Below, in pieces: positions 17,619-27,623 of a stretch of 64,000 nucleotides of DNA. The notes beneath the pieces are model-generated. The model saw nothing but the letters and a program-made list of their open reading frames with translations, searched no databases and had not been told where the DNA came from. This DNA is from Candidatus Neomicrothrix parvicella RN1. Its GTDB lineage: Bacteria > Actinomycetota > Acidimicrobiia > Acidimicrobiales > VFJN01. The DNA lies in the NCBI GenBank assembly GCA_945898515.1, contig CAMDIH010000003.1, positions 991 to 64,990 of the forward strand, given 5' to 3'. Position 1 is the first letter of the stretch; the number at the start of each line of letters is the position of its first letter. The position numbers and the translations under genes were made by a program.

Positions 17619-18372
17619 GCGGAAGGGCCCGCAGGCGCTCCTTCGGGATGGTGGCGTGACACTGCTCACACCAGCCGTAGGTCCCGTCCTTGATCTTGGC
17701 CAGGGCCGTATCGATGTCTTCGACGGCGAACAGTGCCTGCGCGCTGAGGGTGAGATCTCGTTCGCGTTCCACCGCAATGGTGTCGCCCTCCCCGGACTCC
17801 TCATCGAACTGGACATCGCCGGGATCTCGCTCGAACACCAACGAGTCGGCCTCGGCCTTGAGGGTGGCGGCCTGATGAACGTAGACGGCTCGCTCTTCCT
17901 TGAGCGCCTCCACCTGCTCAAGGAGGAACTTGTCCAACTGGCCGGTGCGCTTGGCTGGAGCCTTTCGGGCGGAACGAGCGCCGAGGGCATTCACTTCGGC
18001 CAGGCGGGGCGGCGATGCCACCAGACGAGCCACCGGAGCCTTCTTGGCCACGACCTTCTTGACTGGAGCCTTCTTGACTGGAGCCTTCTTGACTGGAGCC
18101 TTCTTGGCCGGAGCCTTCTTCGCTACGGCCTTCTTGGCCACGACCTTCTTGACTGGAGCCTTCTTCGCCACGGCCTTCTTGGCCACGGCCTTCTTCACCG
18201 GAGCCTTCTTCGCCACGGCCTTCTTGACCGGAGCCTTCTTCACCACGGCCTTCTTCACCGGAGCCTTCTTCACCACGGCCTTCTTCACCGGAGCCTTCTT
18301 CGCCGCCGTCTTCTTCGCCACGGCCTTCTTCACCGGAGCTTTACTGGCCTGTGCCTTGGTTGCCACGTTCAC
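17569..18372 (-). CDS. ddbA: DdbA-type protein: N-terminal histone-H1-like Lys/Ala/Pro repeat arm fused to a C-terminal DksA/TraR C4 zinc finger
   Basis: ORF 17569..18615, trimmed to GTG 18372, which is preceded by GGACGGAAG. It has about 21 KKA(P/V/A)V pentapeptides, then a coiled region and [25 protein letters not shown]. Confidence 0.8.
   Translation of the reverse strand: MNVATKAQASKAPVKKAVAKKTAAKKAPVKKAVVKKAPVKKAVVKKAPVKKAVAKKAPVKKAVAKKAVAKKAPVKKVVAKKAVAKKAPAKKAPVKKAPVKKAPVKKVVAKKAPVARLVASPPRLAEVNALGARSARKAPAKRTGQLDKFLLEQVEALKEERAVYVHQAATLKAEADSLVFERDPGDVQFDEESGEGDTIAVERERDLTLSAQALFAVEDIDTALAKIKDGTYGWCEQCHATIPKERLRALPHAALCVQCKSAGFSRR
18031..18345. repeat. 21 tandem 15-bp units (NNNNNNRGCCTTCTT) inside ddbA
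   Basis: Read directly from the sequence. Three consecutive identical units gactggagccttctt occur at 18061-18105. The array is in frame and encodes the KKAxV repeats. Confidence 0.95.
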
Positions 18373-18496
18373 TTCCGTCCTGTCGAAACCCCGCCGGTGT
18401 CCGGAAAGGGTGGCGCATCTTAGGCACGGACCCTCCGGAGAACAACCTACCGCTCCCCCGCACCGAGCCTGCCCGGCGGCCCGGTAGCCTGCGCGG

Positions 18497-21400
18497 ATGC
18501 CATTCGGCCCCGTCGACCCCAACCTCGACCTCGTCGGCCTTGAGACCGCTGTGCTCGCCCGTTGGCGCGACCAGGACGTGGTGGAGCAGGTTCGCCGTAG
18601 CCGCCAGGGGGCCAAGCCGTGGGTGTTCTACGAGGGCCCACCCACCGCCAACGGCAAGCCCGGCCTGCACCATGTGTGGGCTCGCGCCTTCAAAGACCTC
18701 TACCCCCGCTTCCAAACGATGCGCGGCCATGCCGTCCCCCGCAAGGGGGGGTGGGACTGCCACGGCCTGCCGGTGGAACTGGAGGTGGAGAAGGAACTGG
18801 GGCTGTCCACCAAGCCCGAGATCGAGGCCTTCGGCATCGAGGCCTTCAACCAGCGCTGCCGCGACTCCGTCACGCGTTACGTCGAGGACTGGTCGGCGCT
18901 CACCACCCGATCCGGCACCTGGATCGATACCGATGATGCCTATTGGACCCTCAGCAACGATTACGTCGAGTCGGTCTGGTGGCTGGTGAAACAACTATGG
19001 GACAAGGGCTTGTTGTACGAGGGACACCGGGTCAGTCCGTATTGCGCTCGCTGCGGCACGGCCTTGTCCTCCCACGAGGTGGCCCAGGGCTATCAGGACG
19101 TTGTCGATCCCTCGGTGTACGTGCGGTTCCCCATCACCACTGGCCCGGTGGAGGGTGCTGATCTCCTCGTGTGGACCACCACACCGTGGACACTCGTCTC
19201 CAACGTCGCCGCCGCGGTGGGCCCTGCGTTGCGCTATGTCCGCATCGCCGATCCCGCTGGCGGACGCGACCTACTGCTGGGGGCCGCCGCCGCCGGGCGC
19301 CGCTATCCCGATGCCCCAACGCTCGGGTCGTGGACCGGCACCGAATTGGTGGGCGGGCGCTACGACCGACCCTTCTCCTATCTGGAGGCAACCGATGGCC
19401 AGCCGTGGCGCATTGTGGCCGCCGACTACGTCTCCGACACCGACGGCTCGGGCATCGTCCACCTCGCCCCCGCCTTCGGCGAGGACGACGCCGCTGTGGG
19501 CCGGGCCGAAGGTCTTCCCACGCTGAACCCTGTCGATGAAACTGGCACATTCGACGACCGCATCGGCCCCTGGGCCGGTCGATTCGTGAAGGACAGCGAC
19601 CGAGACATCATCACCGACCTCACCACCCGCGGCCTGCTCGTGGCGGAGGAGGCCTACGAACACTCCTACCCGCACTGCTGGCGTTGCCATACCCCCTTGA
19701 TCTACTGGGCCAAGACTTCGTGGTTCGCCCGCACCTCCGATCGCCGCGGCGAGATGATCGAACAGAACGAGACGATCGGATGGCATCCCGAACACATCAA
19801 GCACGGGCGCTTCGGAAAGTGGCTCGAAGGAAACATCGACTGGGCCCTCTCGCGCGACCGCTACTGGGGAACCCCCCTGCCCATCTGGCGTTGCGACGAC
19901 TGCCACCACGACACCTGTATTGGTTCGGTGGCGGAACTGTCGGACCGATCGGGACGGGACCTCACCGAAGTCGACCTGCACCGGCCGTTCGTGGATGCCA
20001 TCACCTTGCCCTGCACCGAACCGGGCTGCTCGGGTTCGGCCCGTCGCCTCCAGCCGGTGCTCGATGCCTGGTTCGACTCCGGTTCGATGCCCTCGGCCCA
20101 ACACCATCATCCCTTTGCCAGCGATGGCTCCCTGCCGGCCTACCCGGCCGACTTCATCTGTGAGGCCATCGACCAAACGCGCGGCTGGTTCTACTCACTG
20201 CTCGCCGTCAACACGCTGGTGTTCGGTGAGACGCCGTACCGGAACGTCGTGTGTCTCGGCCACATCGTGGATGAGCACGGCGCCAAAATGTCTAAAACCA
20301 AGGGCAATGTCATCGACCCCTGGCACATCTTCTCCACCTACGGTGCCGACGCGCTGCGCTGGTACTTCTTCTCCGCCGGCCAGCCCTGGTCGCCCCGTCG
20401 GGTGTCGGAGGACGGCATCCGCGAGGCCACCCGACAGACCCTCGTGACCCTGTGGAACGTCTTCGCCTTCCATGCCACCTACGCCGATCTCGATGGGTGG
20501 GTACCCGGGCCTGATGCCCCTGCGCCGGCCCACGTGCTCGACCGCTGGGTGCTCTCCGAACTCGACGACACCGTCTCGGCCATGACCATTGCTCTCGACG
20601 ACTTCGATGCCCTCAGTAGTTCCACCCGCCTCGCCACCTTCATCGACGATCTCTCCAACTGGTACGTGCGACGCAGTCGTCCCCGCTTCTGGAAAGCCCC
20701 CGATCCGGCGGCCCACGCCACCTTGCACCATTGTCTCGTCACGGTGGCCGAACTGCTGGCCCCCTTCTGCCCGTTCCTTGCCGACCAACTCCACACCACT
20801 CTCACCGGCAGCCCATCGGTCCACCTCGCCGATTGGCCCAGCCCCGGCGGGTGGCGCGACGAGACTCTGGCCCGCTCCATGGCGTCGGCTCGCCGGTTGG
20901 TCGCTCTCGGGCGAGCCGCTCGTACCGATGCCAAGGTGAAAACCCGCCAACCGCTGTCGCGTGCCCTCCTTCTGCACCCCGGCGCCACCCTCACCGCCGA
21001 CGTGCTCGAGGAGATCGCCGTGGAACTGAACGTCAAGACCCTCGAAGACGTGGACACCCTCTCGGGCCTACTGACCTGGACCGTCGTACCGAACTTCCGG
21101 GCGCTGGGACCGCGATTGGGCCCACGGGTGAACGAAGTCAAAGCCGCCCTCGCCACGGCCGACGGCTCGGCCCTGCAGCGTCACCTCGAGGCCGAGGGCT
21201 GGATCGAGGTGGGGGGCATTCGCCTCGAGGCCGCCGAGGTAGAACTACGCGCCACGCGCCACGACGACTTCGCCCTCGCCGAAGACGGTGGCTGGGCGGT
21301 GGCGTTGGACCTCGAGCTCAATGAATCACTACGCCAGGAAGGCACCGCCCGGGAACTGGTGCGAGCCCTGAACGATCTTCGCAAAGACCTCGGTCTGGAA

Positions 21401-21595
21401 ATCGCCGACCGAGTGCACATCACCCTGGCGGGCCCTCCCATCGCAATGAGCGCCCTACAGTCCCACGGCACGTGGATCGCCGGGGAGGTACTGGCCACCT
21501 CCCTGGATGCCGGAGAGCCCGGACCGGGGGCATCAGAGATCACCATCGACGACCAGGCGGTAATGGTCGCCCTCCGCCGCGACGACAGCTATTAG
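18497..21595 (+). CDS. ileS: isoleucine--tRNA ligase (type 2)
   Basis: 1032 aa with [13 protein letters not shown] (HIGH) and KMSKTKGN (KMSKS) motifs. Confidence 0.97.
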   Translation: MPFGPVDPNLDLVGLETAVLARWRDQDVVEQVRRSRQGAKPWVFYEGPPTANGKPGLHHVWARAFKDLYPRFQTMRGHAVPRKGGWDCHGLPVELEVEKELGLSTKPEIEAFGIEAFNQRCRDSVTRYVEDWSALTTRSGTWIDTDDAYWTLSNDYVESVWWLVKQLWDKGLLYEGHRVSPYCARCGTALSSHEVAQGYQDVVDPSVYVRFPITTGPVEGADLLVWTTTPWTLVSNVAAAVGPALRYVRIADPAGGRDLLLGAAAAGRRYPDAPTLGSWTGTELVGGRYDRPFSYLEATDGQPWRIVAADYVSDTDGSGIVHLAPAFGEDDAAVGRAEGLPTLNPVDETGTFDDRIGPWAGRFVKDSDRDIITDLTTRGLLVAEEAYEHSYPHCWRCHTPLIYWAKTSWFARTSDRRGEMIEQNETIGWHPEHIKHGRFGKWLEGNIDWALSRDRYWGTPLPIWRCDDCHHDTCIGSVAELSDRSGRDLTEVDLHRPFVDAITLPCTEPGCSGSARRLQPVLDAWFDSGSMPSAQHHHPFASDGSLPAYPADFICEAIDQTRGWFYSLLAVNTLVFGETPYRNVVCLGHIVDEHGAKMSKTKGNVIDPWHIFSTYGADALRWYFFSAGQPWSPRRVSEDGIREATRQTLVTLWNVFAFHATYADLDGWVPGPDAPAPAHVLDRWVLSELDDTVSAMTIALDDFDALSSSTRLATFIDDLSNWYVRRSRPRFWKAPDPAAHATLHHCLVTVAELLAPFCPFLADQLHTTLTGSPSVHLADWPSPGGWRDETLARSMASARRLVALGRAARTDAKVKTRQPLSRALLLHPGATLTADVLEEIAVELNVKTLEDVDTLSGLLTWTVVPNFRALGPRLGPRVNEVKAALATADGSALQRHLEAEGWIEVGGIRLEAAEVELRATRHDDFALAEDGGWAVALDLELNESLRQEGTARELVRALNDLRKDLGLEIADRVHITLAGPPIAMSALQSHGTWIAGEVLATSLDAGEPGPGASEITIDDQAVMVALRRDDSY

Positions 21596-22527
21596 CGCTT
21601 ACGACCGAAGCGGGGACGATCTGTCTCCGGGGCTTGGTCAAACAGGCCACCAATCTCGTCGTCTTCACGGGGACCAAGAGGCGACTCGTCGGTCATCGCT
21701 TTGCGAAGTTCCGCCAGGTACGCATCGTCATCACCGAGTGCACCAGTAGATTGCGTGGGTAGATCGGTAGCATCGATGGGGTCGGGGCTATCGGCGTAGG
21801 CCGGCGAGGGCGCTGGTCCGGTGACCGCCTCGGGAGGCGCTACCGACGCCAGCCGAATAGGAGCCGGGGCGGGAGCCAAGGTTGGGGTGCTGGGCGCACT
21901 CTGGCTCAGCACGGGAAGATCTATCTCTCGCAACGAGGCCGGATCATCGAGCAGTCGTTGGAGTTCACGGGTGGTGAGACGCAATCGATCCCGCTGCTCA
22001 GAGAGGTGCCGCTGCAGCATGTCTACGTCTCCGTGCAGCTGATCGCGCGCCAACTCCAGCTCACGCAACTCCGCCACCACTAGGCTCTGGGCGTCTTCTT
22101 GGGCACGGCGGGCTTCGGCATCGGCTTCGGCCCGTACCCGGGCGGTGGCCTCCTGCGCATCGGACAACATCCGACTCGCCTGATCGTTGGCGGCCGCCAG
22201 TGTCTGAGTGGCTTGCTCATCAGCTTCTTTAATGGCGGCATCGGCGGTGCGCTGGGCCAGCACCAGCGTGCGCTTCAAGGTCTCGTCCATGTCGCTGGTT
22301 TCGGTGGCCCGATCATTGGCCTCCGACGCCCGGCGCTCGGCGTCCACGATACGGGCTTCCGCACTCCCGGCGCGCTGGAGGGCCTCGTGTAGAGCGGCGT
22401 CTTGGCGCTCGAGACCCACCGCCAGACGTTCGAGAAACTCGTCCACGTCCTGTGTGTTGTAACCACCTCGCTTCGCCTCGCGGAACTCAACGTCGTTCAG
22501 CAACTGCGGGGTTACGTCCATACCCAT
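21592..22527 (-). CDS. divIVA: DivIVA-domain cell-pole/division protein (Wag31-like)
   Basis: N-terminus TPQLLNDVEFREAKRGGYNTQDVDEFL, a long coiled coil, and a Pro/Ala-rich tail. Confidence 0.9.
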   Translation of the reverse strand: MGMDVTPQLLNDVEFREAKRGGYNTQDVDEFLERLAVGLERQDAALHEALQRAGSAEARIVDAERRASEANDRATETSDMDETLKRTLVLAQRTADAAIKEADEQATQTLAAANDQASRMLSDAQEATARVRAEADAEARRAQEDAQSLVVAELRELELARDQLHGDVDMLQRHLSEQRDRLRLTTRELQRLLDDPASLREIDLPVLSQSAPSTPTLAPAPAPIRLASVAPPEAVTGPAPSPAYADSPDPIDATDLPTQSTGALGDDDAYLAELRKAMTDESPLGPREDDEIGGLFDQAPETDRPRFGRKR

Positions 22528-22569
22528 TTATCGTAGTCAACGATTGAGGTGACCGGGGGACAACTTCGA

Positions 22570-22812
22570 TCAGCCGCAGATCAACAGGATGCCCACGAAG
22601 ACAATGATCGGAGAAAGGTCAATGGCCCCCGCTCCCATCCGCACCGGGGGGATGACCCGGCGCAATGGCCCAAGCACCGGTTCGGTGAGGGTCAGGAGCA
22701 CATTGTTGACGCTCGCCAGCGCGGTGCCGGGGGTGGAGCGGACGTAGGAAAACAGAATTCGCGCCAAAATGATCCAGAGATAGAAGTTCAACAGCTGACA
22801 GATAAAGTCCAT
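22570..22812 (-). CDS. YggT-family membrane protein
   Basis: 80 aa with two TM helices, in the conserved position between sepF and divIVA. Confidence 0.85.
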   Translation of the reverse strand: MDFICQLLNFYLWIILARILFSYVRSTPGTALASVNNVLLTLTEPVLGPLRRVIPPVRMGAGAIDLSPIIVFVGILLICG

Positions 22813-22821
22813 GGCTCGCGA

Positions 22822-23361
22822 TCAGCCGTCGAGGTAATCGTGGTCCCGCAGGCGCATGCGATCTTCGGCAGAGACGTTGGCGGGCGAGAGAAGCAGGACG
22901 TTGGCGCTCACCTTCTCCATGTGACCGCCGATCCCGTAAACCAAACCAGCGGCGAAGTCGATGAGGCGACGACGCAGGGGGCCGTCGACATTCTCCAGAT
23001 TCAAGATGACCGGTTGGTTCTCTTTGAGGCGGTCCGCCACCTCTTGGGTGTCGTTGAACGTGGCGGGAGCGATCACCTCAGGCTTGGCCGAGGCTTCCGC
23101 CGGCAGTGGTCGCACTACCGCAGTCTGAGGCCGACGGGCCGGATCACCGCCGGTGCCCGACGCCTGCGGGCGCACACTGGGAATCGTGCGCACTGAGCCC
23201 TGGACCGCGGCCGACTGACCAGGGTCTTCCCGGCTCGGGGGGTAGCGGCTGGGGGCGGGTGCCGGTCGGTCGCGCTCCGGCGGGCGCTCATCGGCAGGTT
23301 CGTAGTCGTCGTATTCTTCGTCCGGACCGAGACCCAGATAGATCATTGCTTTTCGCCACAT
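22822..23361 (-). CDS. sepF: cell division protein SepF
   Basis: ATG 23361 gives MWRKAMIYLGL. There is a disordered Pro-rich linker and a C-terminal SepF domain (VILNLENVD...RLIDFAAGLVYG). Confidence 0.9.
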   Translation of the reverse strand: MWRKAMIYLGLGPDEEYDDYEPADERPPERDRPAPAPSRYPPSREDPGQSAAVQGSVRTIPSVRPQASGTGGDPARRPQTAVVRPLPAEASAKPEVIAPATFNDTQEVADRLKENQPVILNLENVDGPLRRRLIDFAAGLVYGIGGHMEKVSANVLLLSPANVSAEDRMRLRDHDYLDG

Positions 23362-23392
23362 CGAAGCCCCTCGGTTTCTTGAGATTACGACA

Positions 23393-24046
23393 CTACTGTC
23401 CCACGACCGAGGCGCCGTCACGCGGACCAAACAGGTCGGTCCCGATTCGCACCATCGTGCTCCCCTCGGCCACCGCCGCCGCCAGATCTCCGCTCATGCC
23501 CATCGAGCGTTCCGGCAGCCCTAGTCGATCGGCCAAGGCCCGCACCGAGGCAAACGAGGCTCGTACCAACGTGTCCGGTCCCCGGGGACCGATTGCCATC
23601 AGACCGCGCACCTCGAGCCCTAACTCCATACACCCCTCCACCAGCGCGGCCACTTGCTCCGGGGAGCAACCGGCCTGCTGAGGGAGACCCGTGACATTGA
23701 CCTGCACCAGGACCGCCGCCGAGGGCGCGTGGCGGGCGATCTCCGCCGCCAGCGACAGGCGATCAACCGAGTGCCACAAGTACACAAACGGGGCGATTCG
23801 TCGCACCTTGTTGCTTTGCAATCGACCGATGAAATGCCAGCGCACCCCGACCTGAACGGCCTCGGCTTTCGCAACGAGTTCTTGGGCGTAACTCTCCCCG
23901 AGGTCCATCAAGCCGGCCGCAGTGGCGGCCTGGACCGTGGCCAGGGAATGGCCCTTGGTGACGGCCACCAGCCGCACACCCTCCGGGTCTCCGCCGGCGG
24001 CGGCAATCCGTTCCCGCACTGCTCCGGCAGCGGTGGCGATGCTCAC
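23393..24046 (-). CDS. YggS-family pyridoxal-phosphate homeostasis protein
   Basis: LVAVTKGH (PLP lysine), HFIGRLQSNK and SMGMSGD motifs. GTG 24046 overlaps the pgeF stop (GTGA). Confidence 0.9.
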   Translation of the reverse strand: MSIATAAGAVRERIAAAGGDPEGVRLVAVTKGHSLATVQAATAAGLMDLGESYAQELVAKAEAVQVGVRWHFIGRLQSNKVRRIAPFVYLWHSVDRLSLAAEIARHAPSAAVLVQVNVTGLPQQAGCSPEQVAALVEGCMELGLEVRGLMAIGPRGPDTLVRASFASVRALADRLGLPERSMGMSGDLAAAVAEGSTMVRIGTDLFGPRDGASVVGQ

Positions 24047-24663
24047 GCTTCTTCCAGCCAAGCCATCGTCGCCATGCGCTCGGCGTCGCCGTTTTTGCGG
24101 TGGCTGTACCAACGCGGATCACAGGCCGTGCACCCTGAGGTGTCCTCCACCTGCGCCACGCCCGCCGTGTGCAACGCGGCGATCACCGCGGCGGTCAGAT
24201 CCAACCCGGGGGTACCGGTAGCGGTGCTGCCCAGCACCGCTGATCCGTACAAGGCGGCCATCTCGTGTCGCTCTGGCCCAACAAACTCGTAGCACTCAAC
24301 GCGAATACAAGGACCGATGTGGGCCACTCGCGGCGGATCTCCAAGATCCACCAGCGCCGCCACCGCCTGCTCCACCACTCCACCGCGCAAACCGCGCCAC
24401 CCCGCGTGCACCACCCCCACGCTGCGCTCACCGAGCAGAACCACCGGTGGACAGTCCGCCGTGCGCACCACCAGCGGACAGCCCGCCGTGGCCGTTACGG
24501 CGGCGTCGGCCGCCGCTCCGGCATGGTCACCTGGGGCCGTTACCACTACCACCCGATTCCCGTGCACCTGTCGCAACCAGGTCCAGGTGGGATGGGCGGC
24601 GCGCAGATCACCGGCCTGGTCACCCTCGGCCCGGGTCGTCCAGGCGAATCGCGGAACAAGCAG
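24043..24663 (-). CDS. pgeF: YfiH/PgeF (Cu-oxidase_4) family protein
   Basis: QVHGNRVV, TADCPPV and HAGWRG motifs. The first canonical start is TTG 24576, but family-like sequence (FAWTTRAEGD) continues upstream in frame. A CTG at 24663 lies 2 nt after the ftsZ stop. The 5' end is uncertain. Confidence 0.8.
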   Translation of the reverse strand: MLVPRFAWTTRAEGDQAGDLRAAHPTWTWLRQVHGNRVVVVTAPGDHAGAAADAAVTATAGCPLVVRTADCPPVVLLGERSVGVVHAGWRGLRGGVVEQAVAALVDLGDPPRVAHIGPCIRVECYEFVGPERHEMAALYGSAVLGSTATGTPGLDLTAAVIAALHTAGVAQVEDTSGCTACDPRWYSHRKNGDAERMATMAWLEEA

Positions 24664-24665
24664 GG

Positions 24666-25772
24666 CTATTTGAGGAAGGACGGAACGTCGAAGTCATCGT
24701 CGTCGCCGTCGTCGCCGTCGTCGCCATCGTCATCGGCAAACACGCTGCCGCCTCCGGCTCCCGCACTGGCCGGACGGGTACCGCCGGCCCGGCCATTCTG
24801 CTCGTCCCATCGATCGAAGCCGGCGGCGATCACTGTCACCCGAACCTCATCGCCCATGTCGTCGTCGATGACCGTACCGAAGATGATGTTGGCGTCGGGA
24901 TGGGCCACACCGTGGATCACCTCGGCGGCGTCGTTTACCTCGAACAGGCCCAGATCGCTGCCGCCGGCGATGGTGAGGAGAATGCCGCGTGCCCCTTCAA
25001 TGGAAGCCTCTAGGAGCGGGCTGGAGATGGCGCCGCGGGCGGCGTTCAGTGCCCTACCCTCGCCGCTCCCGTACCCGATGCCCATGAGGGCGGATCCGGC
25101 GTTGGTCATGATCATCTTCACATCGGCGAAGTCGGTGTTGATGAGACCCGGCGTGGTGATGAGGTCGGTGATCCCCTGAACGCCCTGGAGGAGGACCTCG
25201 TCGGCCATCTTGAAGGCGTTGAGCATCGATGTTTTGTCGTTCGAGACGCTGATGAGGCGGTCGTTCGGGATAACGATGAGGGTGTCGACCTTCTCCTTCA
25301 GTCGCTGAATGCCTTGCTCGGCCTGGACCGAGCGGCGGCGTCCTTCGAAGGCGAACGGGCGAGTGACTACGCCGATGGTGAGCGCCCCGAGACTCTTGGC
25401 CATCTCGGCAATAACCGGGGCACCACCGGTCCCGGTGCCGCCGCCCTTGCCAGCCGTGATGAAGACCATGTCGGCGCCCTTGAGCACCTCCTCGATCTCT
25501 TCGCGATGCTCCTCGGCGGCCTGGCGGCCGATCTCCGGATCGGAGCCCGCTCCCAGGCCACGGGTGAGTTCGCGACCAATGTCGAGTTTCACGTCGGCGT
25601 CGCTCATGAGCAACGCCTGCGCATCGGTGTTGATGGCGATGAACTCAACGCCCTTGAGACCGGCGTCGATCATGCGGTTCACGGCATTGACACCGCCACC
25701 GCCGATCCCCACGACCTTGATGACCGCTAGATAATTCTGCGGGTTTCCGACCATCGAACTAGTTACCTCCAT
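24666..25772 (-). CDS. ftsZ: cell division GTPase FtsZ
   Basis: [23 protein letters not shown], an acidic linker and the C-terminal peptide [13 protein letters not shown] 25772 has GGAG 6 nt upstream (alternative ATG 25754). Confidence 0.97.
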   Translation of the reverse strand: MEVTSSMVGNPQNYLAVIKVVGIGGGGVNAVNRMIDAGLKGVEFIAINTDAQALLMSDADVKLDIGRELTRGLGAGSDPEIGRQAAEEHREEIEEVLKGADMVFITAGKGGGTGTGGAPVIAEMAKSLGALTIGVVTRPFAFEGRRRSVQAEQGIQRLKEKVDTLIVIPNDRLISVSNDKTSMLNAFKMADEVLLQGVQGITDLITTPGLINTDFADVKMIMTNAGSALMGIGYGSGEGRALNAARGAISSPLLEASIEGARGILLTIAGGSDLGLFEVNDAAEVIHGVAHPDANIIFGTVIDDDMGDEVRVTVIAAGFDRWDEQNGRAGGTRPASAGAGGGSVFADDDGDDGDDGDDDDFDVPSFLK

Positions 25773-25881
25773 GTATGACTCCACTTCGGTCCACACTGTC
25801 GCGCAACGCTCGGCCCAACGCTGGAGCCGCACCTAACCGTCGAGGTGAGGTCGAACATGATACCTGCGGAAAGACTCAAGG

Positions 25882-26679
25882 TTACGAGCACCCTTCCACC
25901 CTGGTCAACACCGGACTTCCCGGTAGTCGAACGTCGAGTTCCGCCAAGCAACGGAGATCCACGCGTTCAACCACGGTGCGAAGGGACCGAACCTTTGCTT
26001 CCAGTAGATCGGCCGTGCCGAAACGCACCGTCCCGCCCTGCAGGAGGGTGGCGGTCACCTCATCGCCCATAGTCACCGTCGCCACCAAACCCGGTGCCAC
26101 CGTGCCCAAACGCTCGGCAAGGGCCAACGCATCGCTCGAGCCCGCCCCGATCGTCTCTCCCACCCGGCGCCCCGGCGGTTCCCCCGTGAGCCGCACGAGG
26201 GAACCTGCCAACGCGGCATCGGAGGCCGCCGGGGCCAGAATCCGGCCGTCGCGGTCGACCAGGGAGGCTTCGGCCGCCTCTCCCACCACCGCCACCGCCG
26301 TTCGTTCGCTGATCGACACCTCGATCACGCCGTCGAGGCCCCGGTGCAGGTACACCTCTTTCACCCACGGCAGCAGCGCCACGGCCTCGCCCGCCGAAGA
26401 AAGATCCACATCCATGAGCTGGCTTCCGGTGGTGAGGCCGAGCTTCTCGATGATCGCCTCGCTGCTGGTATGAGCACCCCCGGCCACACGAATGTCGTCC
26501 ACATCGAGCAGCGGGGAGCGCAGGGCCGCCACGAAGCCTGCCACCACCGCCAGTACCAGGCCCACTTCCACGACGCGCTGCAGTCGACGCTGACCCACCC
26601 GACGCTGCACCTCCACCCGACGGGCCCGTAGCCGAGGGTCGATGGCCGGACTTGGGCGCCGAGCCGTAGCAGTGCCCAT
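25882..26679 (-). CDS. ftsQ: cell division protein FtsQ (POTRA domain)
   Basis: Basic N-terminus, a single TM helix, and a POTRA segment LLDVDDIRVAGGAHTS. Confidence 0.85.
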   Translation of the reverse strand: MGTATARRPSPAIDPRLRARRVEVQRRVGQRRLQRVVEVGLVLAVVAGFVAALRSPLLDVDDIRVAGGAHTSSEAIIEKLGLTTGSQLMDVDLSSAGEAVALLPWVKEVYLHRGLDGVIEVSISERTAVAVVGEAAEASLVDRDGRILAPAASDAALAGSLVRLTGEPPGRRVGETIGAGSSDALALAERLGTVAPGLVATVTMGDEVTATLLQGGTVRFGTADLLEAKVRSLRTVVERVDLRCLAELDVRLPGSPVLTRVEGCS

Positions 26680-26681
26680 CC

Positions 26682-27623
26682 CTAACCCTCCACTTTAGAT
26701 GTAGGTTGAGGGATGGGTCCGAAACCGACACAGTGAGTTTCGGGCCGTAGCTCCACTCCCGCGTGCTCCTTCACCAACGTCTGCACCGCCAGCATCAGGG
26801 CATACACATCATCGGCCCGCCCCTTGTCGTCGGCTTGGATGAAGTTGGCGTGCTTCGTCGATACCACGGCGGTACCCCTTCGGAGACCTTTACCGCCCGC
26901 TGCCTCGATCAATCGACCCGCCGAGTCGCCCGGGGGGTTGGTGAACACCGAGCCTGCGTTGGTGCCGCCGGGCTGATGGGCCCGTCGCCAGGTCACGATC
27001 TCCGCCAGCGTGGCCGCACCGCTGCGTTCGTCGTCACGAACCAGGAGCATCTCGGCGTGCACGACGAGATGCTCCTGGGCAATCGAGGACTGCCGATAAT
27101 CCAACAGAAGCGAGGCCGCCGACACCTCCCTATCCTCACCGGTTTGGAGGTCCACGACGCGGATCCCAACCAACGTGGCGGCCATGTCGGAACCGTGCCC
27201 GCCGGCGTTCATCCGCACGGCCCCGCCGATGCTGCCAGGAACACCCACCGCCCATTCGAAGCCGGTGAGCCCCGCCGCCACCGATCGCCGGGCTACCACC
27301 GGCAGCGCCGCCGCCCCACCGGCTCGAACCGTGGTGCCCTCTACCTCTACGCCGGCATAGCCCTCCCCCAGCACCACCACGAGCCCGGCGAAACCCCCGT
27401 CGGCCACCAGCAGGTTGCTCCCGTTCCCCACCACGAGAGTTTCCACTCCGGTAGCCCGCACCGTCTCGGTCACCGACGCCAGATCATCCTCATCGTTGAC
27501 GGTGACCAGCAGCGCCGCCGCCCCACCCACCCGATAGGTGGTGCGCGCTCCGAGCGGCACCTCCGTCTGAGCACGAGAGCCCAGGAGAGCCGCGGCGGCT
27601 TCCAGCGCGTCAGGAGGGCTCAC
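26682..27623 (-). CDS. murB: UDP-N-acetylenolpyruvoylglucosamine reductase
   Basis: FAD-binding TTYRVGGAA...VVGNGSNLLV and C-terminal GSVFTNP. The GTG start overlaps the murC stop (GTGA). Confidence 0.92.
   Translation of the reverse strand: MSPPDALEAAAALLGSRAQTEVPLGARTTYRVGGAAALLVTVNDEDDLASVTETVRATGVETLVVGNGSNLLVADGGFAGLVVVLGEGYAGVEVEGTTVRAGGAAALPVVARRSVAAGLTGFEWAVGVPGSIGGAVRMNAGGHGSDMAATLVGIRVVDLQTGEDREVSAASLLLDYRQSSIAQEHLVVHAEMLLVRDDERSGAATLAEIVTWRRAHQPGGTNAGSVFTNPPGDSAGRLIEAAGGKGLRRGTAVVSTKHANFIQADDKGRADDVYALMLAVQTLVKEHAGVELRPETHCVGFGPIPQPTSKVEG

Noticed and set aside
18031-18345. A regular 15-bp tandem array that could be mistaken for a CRISPR-like or non-coding minisatellite.
   Set aside because: There are no spacers. 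The units are contiguous, in frame, and translate to KKAxV repeats inside a well-supported ORF.
18373-18496. Possible T-box leader upstream of ileS. Actinobacterial ileS genes often have one, and AAAGGGUGGCGCA at 18405-18417 resembles the T-box core AGGGUGGNACCGCG.
   Set aside because: The spacer to the divergent ddbA start is only 124 nt. I could not build a stem I with an AUC specifier. The putative bulge reads UGGC rather than the UGGU expected for a tRNA-Ile discriminator A. The A2 helix would be only 3 bp. A cmsearch with RF00230 would settle it.
24693-24736. GTC/GCC triplet repeat (gtcatcgtcgtcgccgtcgtcgccgtcgtcgccatcgtcatc).
   Set aside because: It encodes the acidic (DDG)n linker just before the conserved FtsZ C-terminal peptide [10 protein letters not shown]. 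This is ordinary low-complexity coding sequence.
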